A program made the position numbers and the translations under genes. From an uncultured Ruminococcus sp. (GTDB taxonomy: Bacteria > Bacillota > Clostridia > Oscillospirales > Acutalibacteraceae), in assembly GCF_902785355.1 (NCBI RefSeq), contig NZ_CACZYF010000002.1: a DNA stretch of 64,000 nt. One strand, 5' to 3'. The notes under the pieces are model-generated. The model searched no databases and was not told the DNA's origin. It saw only the letters and a program-made list of their open reading frames with translations. Below are positions 28,438 to 36,811 of this stretch, in pieces (within the stretch, counting starts at the first letter, position 1; each line of letters begins with the position of its first letter).

Positions 28438-29862
28438 CTATTCTTCGCCGTCCCAGCAGTAGGTGCACAGCTCGCACTTATCGAGACCGATCGCCTCGAC
28501 GATACCGTCAAGGGACTGGAAGTCGAGAGAATCGAACTTCAGCTTCTCGCATATCGTTTCTCTGAGCCTTTTACCGCGCTCGGTAGCGCCGTCGGCATAC
28601 TCACGGATATGGTCGAAGCCCTCTTCTCCCTCCAGTTCCAAAATCACCCTGCGGGCAATCAGATCCATATCGGAGGTGTTGCGCGAGAAATTGAGGAACT
28701 TACAGCCGTACATGATCGGCGGGCACGCGGAGCGCATGTGAACGCTCTTGGCGCCGTTCTCATACAGGAACTCGACCGTCTCGCGCAGCTGGGTACCGCG
28801 GACGATAGAGTCGTCCACGAACAGCAGATCCTTGTCCTTGATCAGGTCATAGACCGGGATCTGCTTCATCTTCGCGATCTTGTTGCGGTCGTTCTGGTTG
28901 GTGGGCATAAAGGAACGCGACCAGGTCGGGGTGTACTTGATGAACGCGCGCGCAAAGGGCTTGCCGCTTGCGTTCGCGTAACCGATCGCGTGAGGCGTAC
29001 CGGAATCGGGCACACCGCCGACGTAATCGACGTCGATGTCGCCGAGATTCTCACGGTCGTGCTGTGCCATGATCACACCGTTACGATAGCGCATGACCTC
29101 AACGTTCACGCCCTCGTAGGTCGAGGTCGGATAGCCGTAATAGCTCCAGAGGAAGGAGCAGATACGCTTCTTCTTACCGGGCTTTGAGAGCTGCTTGAGG
29201 CTGTCGGGCGTAAGGCGAACGATCTCGCCGGGCCCGAGCTCGCGCTCGTCCTCGTAGCCGAGCTTCCGGTACGCGTAGCTCTCGAAGGATACCGCGTAAC
29301 CGTACTCGCTCTTGCCGATACACACAGGCAGTCGTCCTACCTTATCGCGCGCGGCGATCAGCGAACCGTCCTCACACATGATCAGGATGTTCTGTGTACC
29401 GTCGATGATGTTCTGAGCGAACTTGATACCCTCCGCAAAGCTCGACTGGGTGTCGATCAGCGCGGCGAGCAGCTCAGTGGTGTTGACCCTGCCGCCGGTC
29501 ATCGCGTCAAAATGGCCGTAAGAATGCTTGAGGTGCTTTGCGATCAGATCATCGGCGTTGTTGATGATACCGACGCTGCAGATGGCATAGGTGCCGAGGT
29601 GCGAACGGATCAGCATCGGCTGGGGATCGGTGTCGGAGATAACGCCGATCGCCGAGGTACCCTGCATCTCTTCAAAAATATGTTCAAACTTTGTGCGGAA
29701 AGGTGCGTTTTCTATATTGTGGATCTTGCGTTGTAAGCCGATCTCGGGATCGTAGGCGGCAAGACCGCCGCGACGGGTTCCGAGATGGGAGTGGTAGTCA
29801 ACGCCGAAGAACACATCCATCATACAATCCTCGGTGGATGTGATACCAAAAAAGCCTCCCAT
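28438..29862 (-). CDS. purF: Amidophosphoribosyltransferase-like protein lacking the N-terminal Cys nucleophile
   Basis: PRTase body (LLFVDDSIVRGTQL). The N-terminus reads MGGFFGITSTEDC, and the ATG follows a GGAGG RBS with a 5-nt spacer. The longer ORF begins at a TTG. Confidence 0.8.
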   Translation of the reverse strand: MGGFFGITSTEDCMMDVFFGVDYHSHLGTRRGGLAAYDPEIGLQRKIHNIENAPFRTKFEHIFEEMQGTSAIGVISDTDPQPMLIRSHLGTYAICSVGIINNADDLIAKHLKHSYGHFDAMTGGRVNTTELLAALIDTQSSFAEGIKFAQNIIDGTQNILIMCEDGSLIAARDKVGRLPVCIGKSEYGYAVSFESYAYRKLGYEDERELGPGEIVRLTPDSLKQLSKPGKKKRICSFLWSYYGYPTSTYEGVNVEVMRYRNGVIMAQHDRENLGDIDVDYVGGVPDSGTPHAIGYANASGKPFARAFIKYTPTWSRSFMPTNQNDRNKIAKMKQIPVYDLIKDKDLLFVDDSIVRGTQLRETVEFLYENGAKSVHMRSACPPIMYGCKFLNFSRNTSDMDLIARRVILELEGEEGFDHIREYADGATERGKRLRETICEKLKFDSLDFQSLDGIVEAIGLDKCELCTYCWDGEE

Positions 29863-29880
29863 AATTACCTCCAAATAATC

Positions 29881-29998
29881 GGTGAATGATGAATGACTGA
29901 CGGTGAATGGTATTGAGAAACGCTGACGCGTTCCGGATTTCTATAATTCGGGTACGGGCAGCGCCCGCCCTTCACCATTCATCGTTCGCTGTTCACCC
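29881..29998. repeat. Heptad-armed hairpin element, copy e (purE-purF spacer, inverted orientation)
   Basis: Arms of GGTGAAT/GATGAAT units and CCATTCA/TCGTTCG/CTGTTCA units. Inner hairpins AACGC-tgac-GCGTT and GGGC-agc-GCCC, with CCCTTCACC. Confidence 0.7.
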
Positions 29999-30002
29999 GT
30001 TT

Positions 30003-30491
30003 TTATAATCTGTCCGCGATGCCCGCGTCCTTCTCTAAGACGACCGCCGCGTCAGCTCTGCGCTTATCGTCAAGCTTCTTTGCGAGCTCCTTATCCTCTA
30101 CAGCGAGGATCTGAGCGGCGAGCAGTGCGGCGTTCGCAGCGCCGTTGAGGGCGACGGTAGCGACCGGGATACCGGTAGGCATCTGCACGGTGGATAAAAG
30201 CGCGTCAAGACCGTCCATCATGCCGCCCTTACAGGGAATACCGATGACGGGCAGGGTGGTGTTGGCGGCGATCGCACCGGCAAGGTGAGCCGCCATGCCC
30301 GCCGCCGCAATCAGCACGCCGAAGCCGTTCTCACGGGCGTTCAGCGCGAAGTCGCGCGCCTCAACCGGTGTGCGATGAGCGGAATATACATGTACCTCGT
30401 AGGGTACACCGAGGGTCGTCAGCATGTCGGTCGCCTTTTTGACGATCGGCAGATCGCTGTCCGAACCCATGATAATACCGATTTTCTTCAT
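30003..30491 (-). CDS. purE: N5-carboxyaminoimidazole ribonucleotide mutase
   Basis: Contains [15 protein letters not shown]...AGMAAHLAG. Start follows a GGAGGTA RBS. Confidence 0.95.
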   Translation of the reverse strand: MKKIGIIMGSDSDLPIVKKATDMLTTLGVPYEVHVYSAHRTPVEARDFALNARENGFGVLIAAAGMAAHLAGAIAANTTLPVIGIPCKGGMMDGLDALLSTVQMPTGIPVATVALNGAANAALLAAQILAVEDKELAKKLDDKRRADAAVVLEKDAGIADRL

Positions 30492-30512
30492 AGTTACCTC
30501 CAAATTGCCTCA

Positions 30513-30746
30513 GTGAGAAGTGAGAAGTGAGAAGTGAGGAGTGAGGAGTGAGGAGTGAAGGGCGGGACACCCGCCCCCGATTTGTGTAATACATTTGATA
30601 AAACAATACCGCCTGCAACCCTATAATGAGCCGCATACATTTGAAAAGCAGACATTGTATCAATCCAAAAGCCGTCAGGCTTTCACAAAATTCCTAACTC
30701 CTAACTCCTAACTCTAACCGACTCCTAACTCTAATTCCTCATTCTC
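30513..30746. repeat. Heptad-armed hairpin element, copy c (guaB-purE spacer, the largest copy)
   Basis: 3x GTGAGAA, 3x GTGAGGA and GTGAAGG. Then GGGCGGG-aca-CCCGCCC-CCGAT, a 90-nt spacer, AAGCC-gtca-GGCTT, and a right arm of CTCCTAA-type heptads. Confidence 0.8.
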
Positions 30747-30754
30747 AGCTTTTC

Positions 30755-32260
30755 TTACTTCATCGCGGAGCTCTTATCCTTCTGGATAACGTCGTGAGCG
30801 CCGCCCTCGACGATCGAGGTGGCGGAAACGAGGGTGAGCTTCGCCTTCTGCTGTAATTCGCGGATGGTCAGCGCGCCGCAGTTACACATGGTCGACTTGA
30901 CCTTGGAGAGCGACAGGGCGACGTTGTCCTTTAAGGAACCCGCATAAGGCACGAGGGAATCGACGCCCTCTTCGAAGCTGAGCTTCTTGTCGCCGCCGAG
31001 GTCGTAGCGCTGCCAGTTGCGCGCGCGCTGGGAACCCTCGCCCCAGTACTCCTTATAATAGGTTCCGTTGATGCTGACCTTGTTGGAGGGGCTTTCATCA
31101 AAGCGGGCGAAATAACGGCCCAGCATGATGAAGTCAGCGCCCATCGCCAGCGCCAGCGTGATATGATGATCGTAAACGATACCGCCGTCGGAGCAGACGG
31201 GGATGTACACGCCGGTTTCTTCAAAATACTTATCTCTCTCGGCGCAGACCTCGATCAGCGCGGTCGCCTGGCCGCGTCCGATACCCTTGGTCTCACGGGT
31301 GATACAGATGGAGCCGCCGCCGATACCGACCTTGATGAAGTCGGCGCCGCAGTCGGCGAGATAACGGAAGCCCTCGGCGTCAACGACGTTGCCCGCGCCG
31401 ACCTTGACGCTGTCGCCGTAGTGCTCGCGGATCCAGTCGATGGTCAGCTTCTGCCACTCCGAGAAGCCCTCGGAGGAGTCGATGCACAGCACGTCGGCGC
31501 CCGCCTCGATCAGGGCGGGGACACGCTCGGCATAGTCGCGGGTGTTGATACCGGCACCGACCACATAGCGCTTATGCTCGTCGAGGAGCTCGTCAGGATT
31601 CTGCTTATGGCTGTCGTAGTCCTTGCGGAATACGAAGTAGCGCATTCTGCCGTCCTTGGTGATAACAGGCAGGGAATTGAGCTTATGATCCCAGATGATG
31701 TCGTTGCACTCGCTGAGGGTAGCGCCCTCATAAGCGTAGATCAGCTTGTCGAACGGGGTCATGAAGTCAGCGACCTTCTCCGACTTATCCATACGGCTGA
31801 TACGGTAGTCGCGGCTGGTGACGACGCCGAGCAGCTTGCCGTCGGGAGCGCCGCCCTCGGTCACGGCGAGGGTGGAGTGACCGGTACGACGGGTCAGCTC
31901 AATGACGTCGGCAAGGGTCGCGTCGGGACGGATGTTACTGTCGCTCTGGACAAAGCCCGCCTTATAGCTCTTGGCTCTCTTGACCATCGCCGCCTCGTCC
32001 TCTACGCTCTGGGAGCCGTAGATGAAGCTCACGCCGCCCTGGGTCGCGAGGGCTACGGCGAGGCGGTCGCCGGATACCGCCTGCATGATCGCGGAGACCA
32101 GCGGGATATTCATGGTGATCACGCTCTCCTCCTCCTTCTTATACTTGACCAGCGGGGTCTTGAGGGTGACGTTCGCGGGGATGCACTCCGATGACGAGTA
32201 GCCCGGGATCAGCAGATATTCGTTAAAAGTATGTGCGGGTTCATTGATAAAGGTTGCCAT
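30755..32260 (-). CDS. guaB: IMP dehydrogenase (with CBS pair)
   Basis: 501 aa. Catalytic loop [15 protein letters not shown]-barrel motifs, and a CBS insert. Confidence 0.85.
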   Translation of the reverse strand: MATFINEPAHTFNEYLLIPGYSSSECIPANVTLKTPLVKYKKEEESVITMNIPLVSAIMQAVSGDRLAVALATQGGVSFIYGSQSVEDEAAMVKRAKSYKAGFVQSDSNIRPDATLADVIELTRRTGHSTLAVTEGGAPDGKLLGVVTSRDYRISRMDKSEKVADFMTPFDKLIYAYEGATLSECNDIIWDHKLNSLPVITKDGRMRYFVFRKDYDSHKQNPDELLDEHKRYVVGAGINTRDYAERVPALIEAGADVLCIDSSEGFSEWQKLTIDWIREHYGDSVKVGAGNVVDAEGFRYLADCGADFIKVGIGGGSICITRETKGIGRGQATALIEVCAERDKYFEETGVYIPVCSDGGIVYDHHITLALAMGADFIMLGRYFARFDESPSNKVSINGTYYKEYWGEGSQRARNWQRYDLGGDKKLSFEEGVDSLVPYAGSLKDNVALSLSKVKSTMCNCGALTIRELQQKAKLTLVSATSIVEGGAHDVIQKDKSSAMK

Positions 32261-32686
32261 TTAGATGATCCTCTCTTCCTTGGTTTCGCAGTAGATACAG
32301 CGATATACCTTGTTCTCTTTATCGGTCAGCTTGAACACGTGGTCAAGCTCCTGTTCGGTGGTGGTGATACAGCGGGGATTCTTGCAGCGGATGACGTTTG
32401 TCAGCATCGACGGCATGCGGATGTTCATCTTCTCGGCACGCTCGCCGTTCTTGATGATATTGACAGTCGCGCCGGGGTCGATATAGCCGATCACATCGAT
32501 ATTGACGGGGATATCCGCGTCGATCTTGATGATGTCCTTACGCCCCATCTTCTTGCTCTGGACGTTCTTGATGATCGCGATTGAGCAGTCGAGCTCGTCG
32601 AGATTCAAGAGATCATAGAGCTTCATGCCCTTACCGGCAGTGATGTGGTCGATCACGATACCGTTCTGAATAGAGTCGATGTTCAT
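32261..32686 (-). CDS. pyrI: Aspartate carbamoyltransferase regulatory subunit
   Basis: 141 aa with C-terminal Zn cysteines (CKNPRC...CIYCE). Overlaps the pyrB stop. Confidence 0.9.
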   Translation of the reverse strand: MNIDSIQNGIVIDHITAGKGMKLYDLLNLDELDCSIAIIKNVQSKKMGRKDIIKIDADIPVNIDVIGYIDPGATVNIIKNGERAEKMNIRMPSMLTNVIRCKNPRCITTTEQELDHVFKLTDKENKVYRCIYCETKEERII

Positions 32687-33606
32687 ATCGTGCCCGCCTC
32701 CTTCAAGAGTTTTAAGATCAGCGCCATGCGCATGTACTTGCCGTTCAAGACCTGCTTGAAGTAGCAGGCGCGGGGATCGCTGTCAATCGCGACGCTGATC
32801 TCGTTGACGCGGGGCAGCGGATGCATGATCGCGAGATCCTTCTTCGCGTTCCTAAGCTTCTCGGGGGTGAGGATATAGCTGTCCTTGAGGCGAAGGTAAT
32901 CCTCCTCGTTGAAGAAACGCTCGCGCTGGACGCGGGTCATGTAGAGGATGTCGAGATCGGGCATCGCGCCCTCGAGATCGGTGGTCTGTACATAGGGGAT
33001 GCGCTTCTTCTTGAGCACATCCTTCTTGACGTAGCTCGGGACCTTCAGCTCCTCGGGCGAGATCAGGACGAACTTGATCCCCTCATAGCGGGACATCGCG
33101 TTGATCAGCGAATGGACGGTTCTGCCGAACTTGAGGTCGCCGCACAGACCGATGGTCATATTGTTCATATCGCCGCGCTCGCGGTAGATCGTAAGCAGAT
33201 CGGCGAGAGTCTGGGTCGGGTGGTTGTGACCGCCGTCGCCCGCGTTGATGACGGGGATGCTCGCCGCGCGGGAGGCGACCAGCGCCGCGCCCTCCTTGGG
33301 ATGGCGCATAGCGATGATATCGGCGTAGCAGGAAACGGTCTTGGCGGTATCGGCGACGGACTCGCCCTTGGCGGCGGAGCTTGCGCCCGCCGAGGAGACC
33401 GAGATCACATTGCCGCCCAGCTCGTACATCGCCGCCTCAAAGCTCAGGCGGGTACGGGTCGAGGGCTCAAAAAACAGGGTGGCGAGCTTCTTGTGGCGGC
33501 ACGCCTCCTGATATTTTTCGGGGTTGTCTATGATGTCGCAGGCAGTCTGCATAAGCTCCTCGAGCTCCTGCACGCTCAGATCAACGATATCGAGTACACT
33601 TCTCAT
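32683..33606 (-). CDS. pyrB: Aspartate carbamoyltransferase catalytic subunit
   Basis: Contains [17 protein letters not shown] and HPLPR motifs. Confidence 0.95.
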   Translation of the reverse strand: MRSVLDIVDLSVQELEELMQTACDIIDNPEKYQEACRHKKLATLFFEPSTRTRLSFEAAMYELGGNVISVSSAGASSAAKGESVADTAKTVSCYADIIAMRHPKEGAALVASRAASIPVINAGDGGHNHPTQTLADLLTIYRERGDMNNMTIGLCGDLKFGRTVHSLINAMSRYEGIKFVLISPEELKVPSYVKKDVLKKKRIPYVQTTDLEGAMPDLDILYMTRVQRERFFNEEDYLRLKDSYILTPEKLRNAKKDLAIMHPLPRVNEISVAIDSDPRACYFKQVLNGKYMRMALILKLLKEAGTI

Positions 33607-34247
33607 GCGTTTGCTCCGATCCAGCTTTCATCAGAGGGATTGTTTCGGAATCTGATCAGTCGCTCGACGTCCTCGGGACGGATATAACCGTCCTCGGCGG
33701 CGACATCGGCGATCACGTCGAAGTTGGTCAGAGAGATGTTCTTCACATCAGCTGCAGCGAGTCGGTCGAGACCCTTCTGCATACCGTAGGTGAAAATGGA
33801 CACGATGCCCAGAACCTCGGCGCCCGCCTCGCGGAGCACGTCGACGACCTCGAGCACCGAACCGCCGGTCGAGATCAGATCCTCGACAACGACGACCTTC
33901 TGACCCTTCTCCAGTCTGCCTTCGATCTGGTTCTGTCTGCCGTGATCCTTGTGACCGGAGCGGACATAACCCATCGGCAGGCCCATGATATGGGCGGTGA
34001 TGGCGGCGTGGGCGATACCCGCGGTGGAGGTACCCATCAGCACCTCGACATCGGGGTAATTCTCACGGATAAGCTGTGCCAAGCCCTCCTCGACGTCGGT
34101 ACGGACGTCCTTATCCGAGAGAGTGAGACGGTTGTCACAGTAGACAGGGCTCTTGATGCCGCTCGCCCATGTAAAGGGCTCCTCGGGGCGGAAGAATACC
34201 GCCTTTATCTTTAATAAATCCTTTGCGATCTTTACATTCAGTTCCAT
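33603..34247 (-). CDS. pyrE: Orotate phosphoribosyltransferase
   Basis: Contains the PRPP loop [13 protein letters not shown]. Start set at [10 protein letters not shown], after an AAGGAG RBS. The longer ORF extension is just a translation of repeat element d. Confidence 0.9.
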   Translation of the reverse strand: MELNVKIAKDLLKIKAVFFRPEEPFTWASGIKSPVYCDNRLTLSDKDVRTDVEEGLAQLIRENYPDVEVLMGTSTAGIAHAAITAHIMGLPMGYVRSGHKDHGRQNQIEGRLEKGQKVVVVEDLISTGGSVLEVVDVLREAGAEVLGIVSIFTYGMQKGLDRLAAADVKNISLTNFDVIADVAAEDGYIRPEDVERLIRFRNNPSDESWIGANA

Positions 34248-34261
34248 AATATGCTCCTTTT

Positions 34262-34373
34262 CAGATAACAGAGAAAAGAGAAAAGAGAAAAGAGAACAGT
34301 GAAGGGCGGAATACCCGCACCCGATCAAATATCTGTACTCTCTTATCTGTTACCTGTAATCTGTTATCTATTC
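34262..34373. repeat. Heptad-armed hairpin element, copy d (pyrF-pyrE spacer)
   Basis: 3x AGAGAAA, AGAGAAC and AGTGAAG. Then GGGCGG-aata-CCCGCACCCGAT and a right arm of TATCTGT/TACCTGT/AATCTGT heptads, ending at the pyrF stop. Confidence 0.75.
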
Positions 34374-35078
34374 TTATCCTACAAATTCTTCTACACAGCG
34401 TCTGTATGCCGCTACGGGGTCATCCGCCTGGGTGATCGGTCTGCCGACGACGATATAGTCGGAGCCGATCTCTTTCGCGGCGGCGGGAGTCATAACGCGC
34501 TTCTGGTCGCCGATATCGCCGTCCGCGAAGCGTACGCCCGGGGTGACGGTGAGGAAGTCCTTACCGCAGGTATCGTGTACCTTACCCGCCTCCAAGGGAG
34601 AGCAGACAACGCCGTCGAGTCCGCTTTCCTCGGCGCACTTGGCGTAATGCATCACGACCTTGTCAATCGGCTCGCGGATGAGCAGATCGTTCTCCATCGC
34701 CTCCTGATCGGTGGAGGTCAGCTGAGTCACGGCGATCAGGAGGGGTCGGGTACCGTCCTCGCGGGTGAGTCCCTCGAGCGCCGCCTGCATCATGCGCTTG
34801 GTGCCGCCTGCGTGCAGGTTGGTGATATCGACGTCGAGGCGACTGAGTACCGCCATCGCCTTCTTTACGGTGTTGGGGATATCGTGGAGCTTGAGGTCGA
34901 GGAAGATCTTGTGACCTCTGCGCTTGATCTCGCGCACGATCTCGGGACCCTCGGCATAATACAGCTCCATGCCGATCTTGACGAAGGGCTTACGCGCCTC
35001 GTCCTTGAATTTGTCGAGGAAGTCAAAGACTGCCTCAGCGGACGAAAAGTCGCATGCTACGATGACGTCCTTACCCAT
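34374..35078 (-). CDS. pyrF: Orotidine 5'-phosphate decarboxylase
   Basis: Contains VACDF...[12 protein letters not shown]...VVGRPI. Confidence 0.9.
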   Translation of the reverse strand: MGKDVIVACDFSSAEAVFDFLDKFKDEARKPFVKIGMELYYAEGPEIVREIKRRGHKIFLDLKLHDIPNTVKKAMAVLSRLDVDITNLHAGGTKRMMQAALEGLTREDGTRPLLIAVTQLTSTDQEAMENDLLIREPIDKVVMHYAKCAEESGLDGVVCSPLEAGKVHDTCGKDFLTVTPGVRFADGDIGDQKRVMTPAAAKEIGSDYIVVGRPITQADDPVAAYRRCVEEFVG

Positions 35079-35988
35079 TACTAACGCCTCCTATCAGGTC
35101 TTTCAGGTTTTCTATTTTATATGTATCCATCGCGGCGGGGAGCTCTTCGACGAGCTTTTTGCACGCCATGGGATCGATCAGGTTCTGTGCGCCGACTTCA
35201 ACTGCCGTTGCGCCGGCGAGCATCATCTCGAGCACGTTCTCGGGCGTACTCACGCCGCCGCCGCCCACGATCGGGATATTGACGGCGTTCGCGACCTGGT
35301 ACACCATCCGAAGCGCGACCGGGAAGATCGCGGGGCCGGAGAAGCCGCCCATCGTATTCGCGATGACGGGCTTGCGCGTTTTCAGGTCGATGCGCATACC
35401 GAGCAGGGTATTGATCAGGCTGATACCGTCAGCACCCGCCGCCTCGCACGCCTTGGCAATCGCGGCGATATCGGTAACGTTGGGGCTGAGCTTGACCAGC
35501 ACCGGCTTCTTGGTGACCGCCTTGACGGCAGCGACGACCTCAGCCGCCGCCTGAGGGTCGGTGCCGAAGCTCATCCCGCCGCCGTGAACGTTGGGACAGC
35601 TGACATTGACCTCCAGCCAGCCGACCTGCGGCTCTTTATCCAATAAAGCGCAGGTGTAGGCGTAGTCCTCGACCGAGAAGCCGCTGACGTTCGCCATCAC
35701 GGGCTTATGAAAGCATTTTTTCAGCTTCGGAAGCTCCTCCGAGATGACTTTATCCACGCCGGGATTTTGCAGTCCGACGGCGTTGATCATACCCGCGGTA
35801 CACTCGGCGATACGCGGGGTAGGATTGCCGAAACGCGGGTCGCGGGTCGTGCCCTTGAAGGAGAAGGTGCCCAGTAGATTGATATCGTAGATCTCGGCGA
35901 ACTCGTAGCCGTAGCCGAAGGTACCGGAAGCGGGGATGATCGGGTTATCGAGCTCGATACCGCAGAGGTTCACGCTCAGTCTGCCCAT
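35071..35988 (-). CDS. pyrD: Dihydroorotate dehydrogenase, class 1B catalytic subunit
   Basis: Contains [11 protein letters not shown]...NVSCPNV...GGI, and is paired with pyrK. Confidence 0.9.
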   Translation of the reverse strand: MGRLSVNLCGIELDNPIIPASGTFGYGYEFAEIYDINLLGTFSFKGTTRDPRFGNPTPRIAECTAGMINAVGLQNPGVDKVISEELPKLKKCFHKPVMANVSGFSVEDYAYTCALLDKEPQVGWLEVNVSCPNVHGGGMSFGTDPQAAAEVVAAVKAVTKKPVLVKLSPNVTDIAAIAKACEAAGADGISLINTLLGMRIDLKTRKPVIANTMGGFSGPAIFPVALRMVYQVANAVNIPIVGGGGVSTPENVLEMMLAGATAVEVGAQNLIDPMACKKLVEELPAAMDTYKIENLKDLIGGVSNG

Positions 35989-36710
35989 AAGATCTCCTCC
36001 TTCCTCAGTACGGGGCCGTCCTTGCAGATACGCTTATAGCCGGTGATGGTCTTGCACGAGCAGCCCATGCACGCGCCGAAGCCGCAGCCCATCCGCTCCT
36101 CGAAGCTGAACTGACCGGAAGTCACGGTCGCCTTATAGAGCGCTCTGAACATCGGCATCGGTCCGCAGGTGTAGAAGTAAGTATAGTGCGAGGGCAGCGC
36201 GTCGGTGACAAAGCCCTTCACCCCGCGCGAGCCGTCAACGGTCGCCACGGTGACGTCACAGCCGAGGGCTCTGAACTCGTCCTCATAAAAGACCTCGTCG
36301 GCGGTGTTGAAGCCGAGCACGACGTGTACGGTCCTGCCCTGTGCGAGCAGCCTCTTGGCGAGCAGGTACATCGGCGGTACGCCGACTCCGCCGCCTACAA
36401 GCAGAGGTTCATCCCCCGCAGGCGTGAGGTCGTAGCCGTTGCCCAGCCCCGTCAGGAGCCGCAGCTGCGTACCCTCGGGCATTGCGCTCATGGCGGCGGT
36501 ACCCTTGCCGACCACCTTGTAGATCAGGGTCAGCACGTCGCCCTCGACGTCACAGACGGAGATCGGTCGGCGCAGGTAAAAGCCGTCGAGCTGTATATTG
36601 ACGAATTCCCCGGCGTTTTTGACCGCCGAGGTATCGCCGCGCAGGAGCATTTTATAAACGTCCTTCGCAATTTTTGTATTTTCAATAATAGTAAAAATCG
36701 AATCTTGCAT
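35976..36710 (-). CDS. pyrK: Dihydroorotate dehydrogenase electron-transfer subunit (FAD, 2Fe-2S)
   Basis: 244 aa with an FNR-like fold and a C-terminal cluster motif, CGFGACMGCSC. Confidence 0.85.
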   Translation of the reverse strand: MQDSIFTIIENTKIAKDVYKMLLRGDTSAVKNAGEFVNIQLDGFYLRRPISVCDVEGDVLTLIYKVVGKGTAAMSAMPEGTQLRLLTGLGNGYDLTPAGDEPLLVGGGVGVPPMYLLAKRLLAQGRTVHVVLGFNTADEVFYEDEFRALGCDVTVATVDGSRGVKGFVTDALPSHYTYFYTCGPMPMFRALYKATVTSGQFSFEERMGCGFGACMGCSCKTITGYKRICKDGPVLRKEEILWAD

Positions 36711-36811
36711 AGGTTCACCGAACGTTAATTATTTTTTCACGCTTGACCCGCCGTTACGGATTATTCAGCAAATCGCTGCCCTTTGTAAAAGGCGGGATAA
36801 AGACGCGCGCG

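Noticed and set aside
30513-30561. Possible CRISPR array or microsatellite
   Set aside because: The units are 7 nt with no spacers. They are mirrored by a complementary arm 130 nt away, and no cas genes are present. It is a hairpin arm, not a CRISPR array.
30504-30754. Purine riboswitch or promoter upstream of purE
   Set aside because: I looked on the minus strand for the guanine/adenine riboswitch core (UAUA...UAUGG...UUUCUACC...CCGUAAAU) and for a -35/-10 pair. Neither is present convincingly. Only weak matches appear, such as TTGATA-17-ATGTAT.
34248-34328. N-terminal extension of the pyrE ORF (MIGCGYSALHCSLFSFLFSLLSEKEHI)
   Set aside because: The extension is just the translation of the AGAGAAA repeat arm of element d. 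A good AAGGAG RBS precedes the internal Met (MELNVK), which matches normal PyrE N-termini.
36711-36811. Possible degenerate copy of the hairpin element in the carB-pyrK spacer
   Set aside because: It contains CCCGCC...GGCGGG and some TTCAC words. It has no clear heptad arms or conserved core, which is too weak to call.
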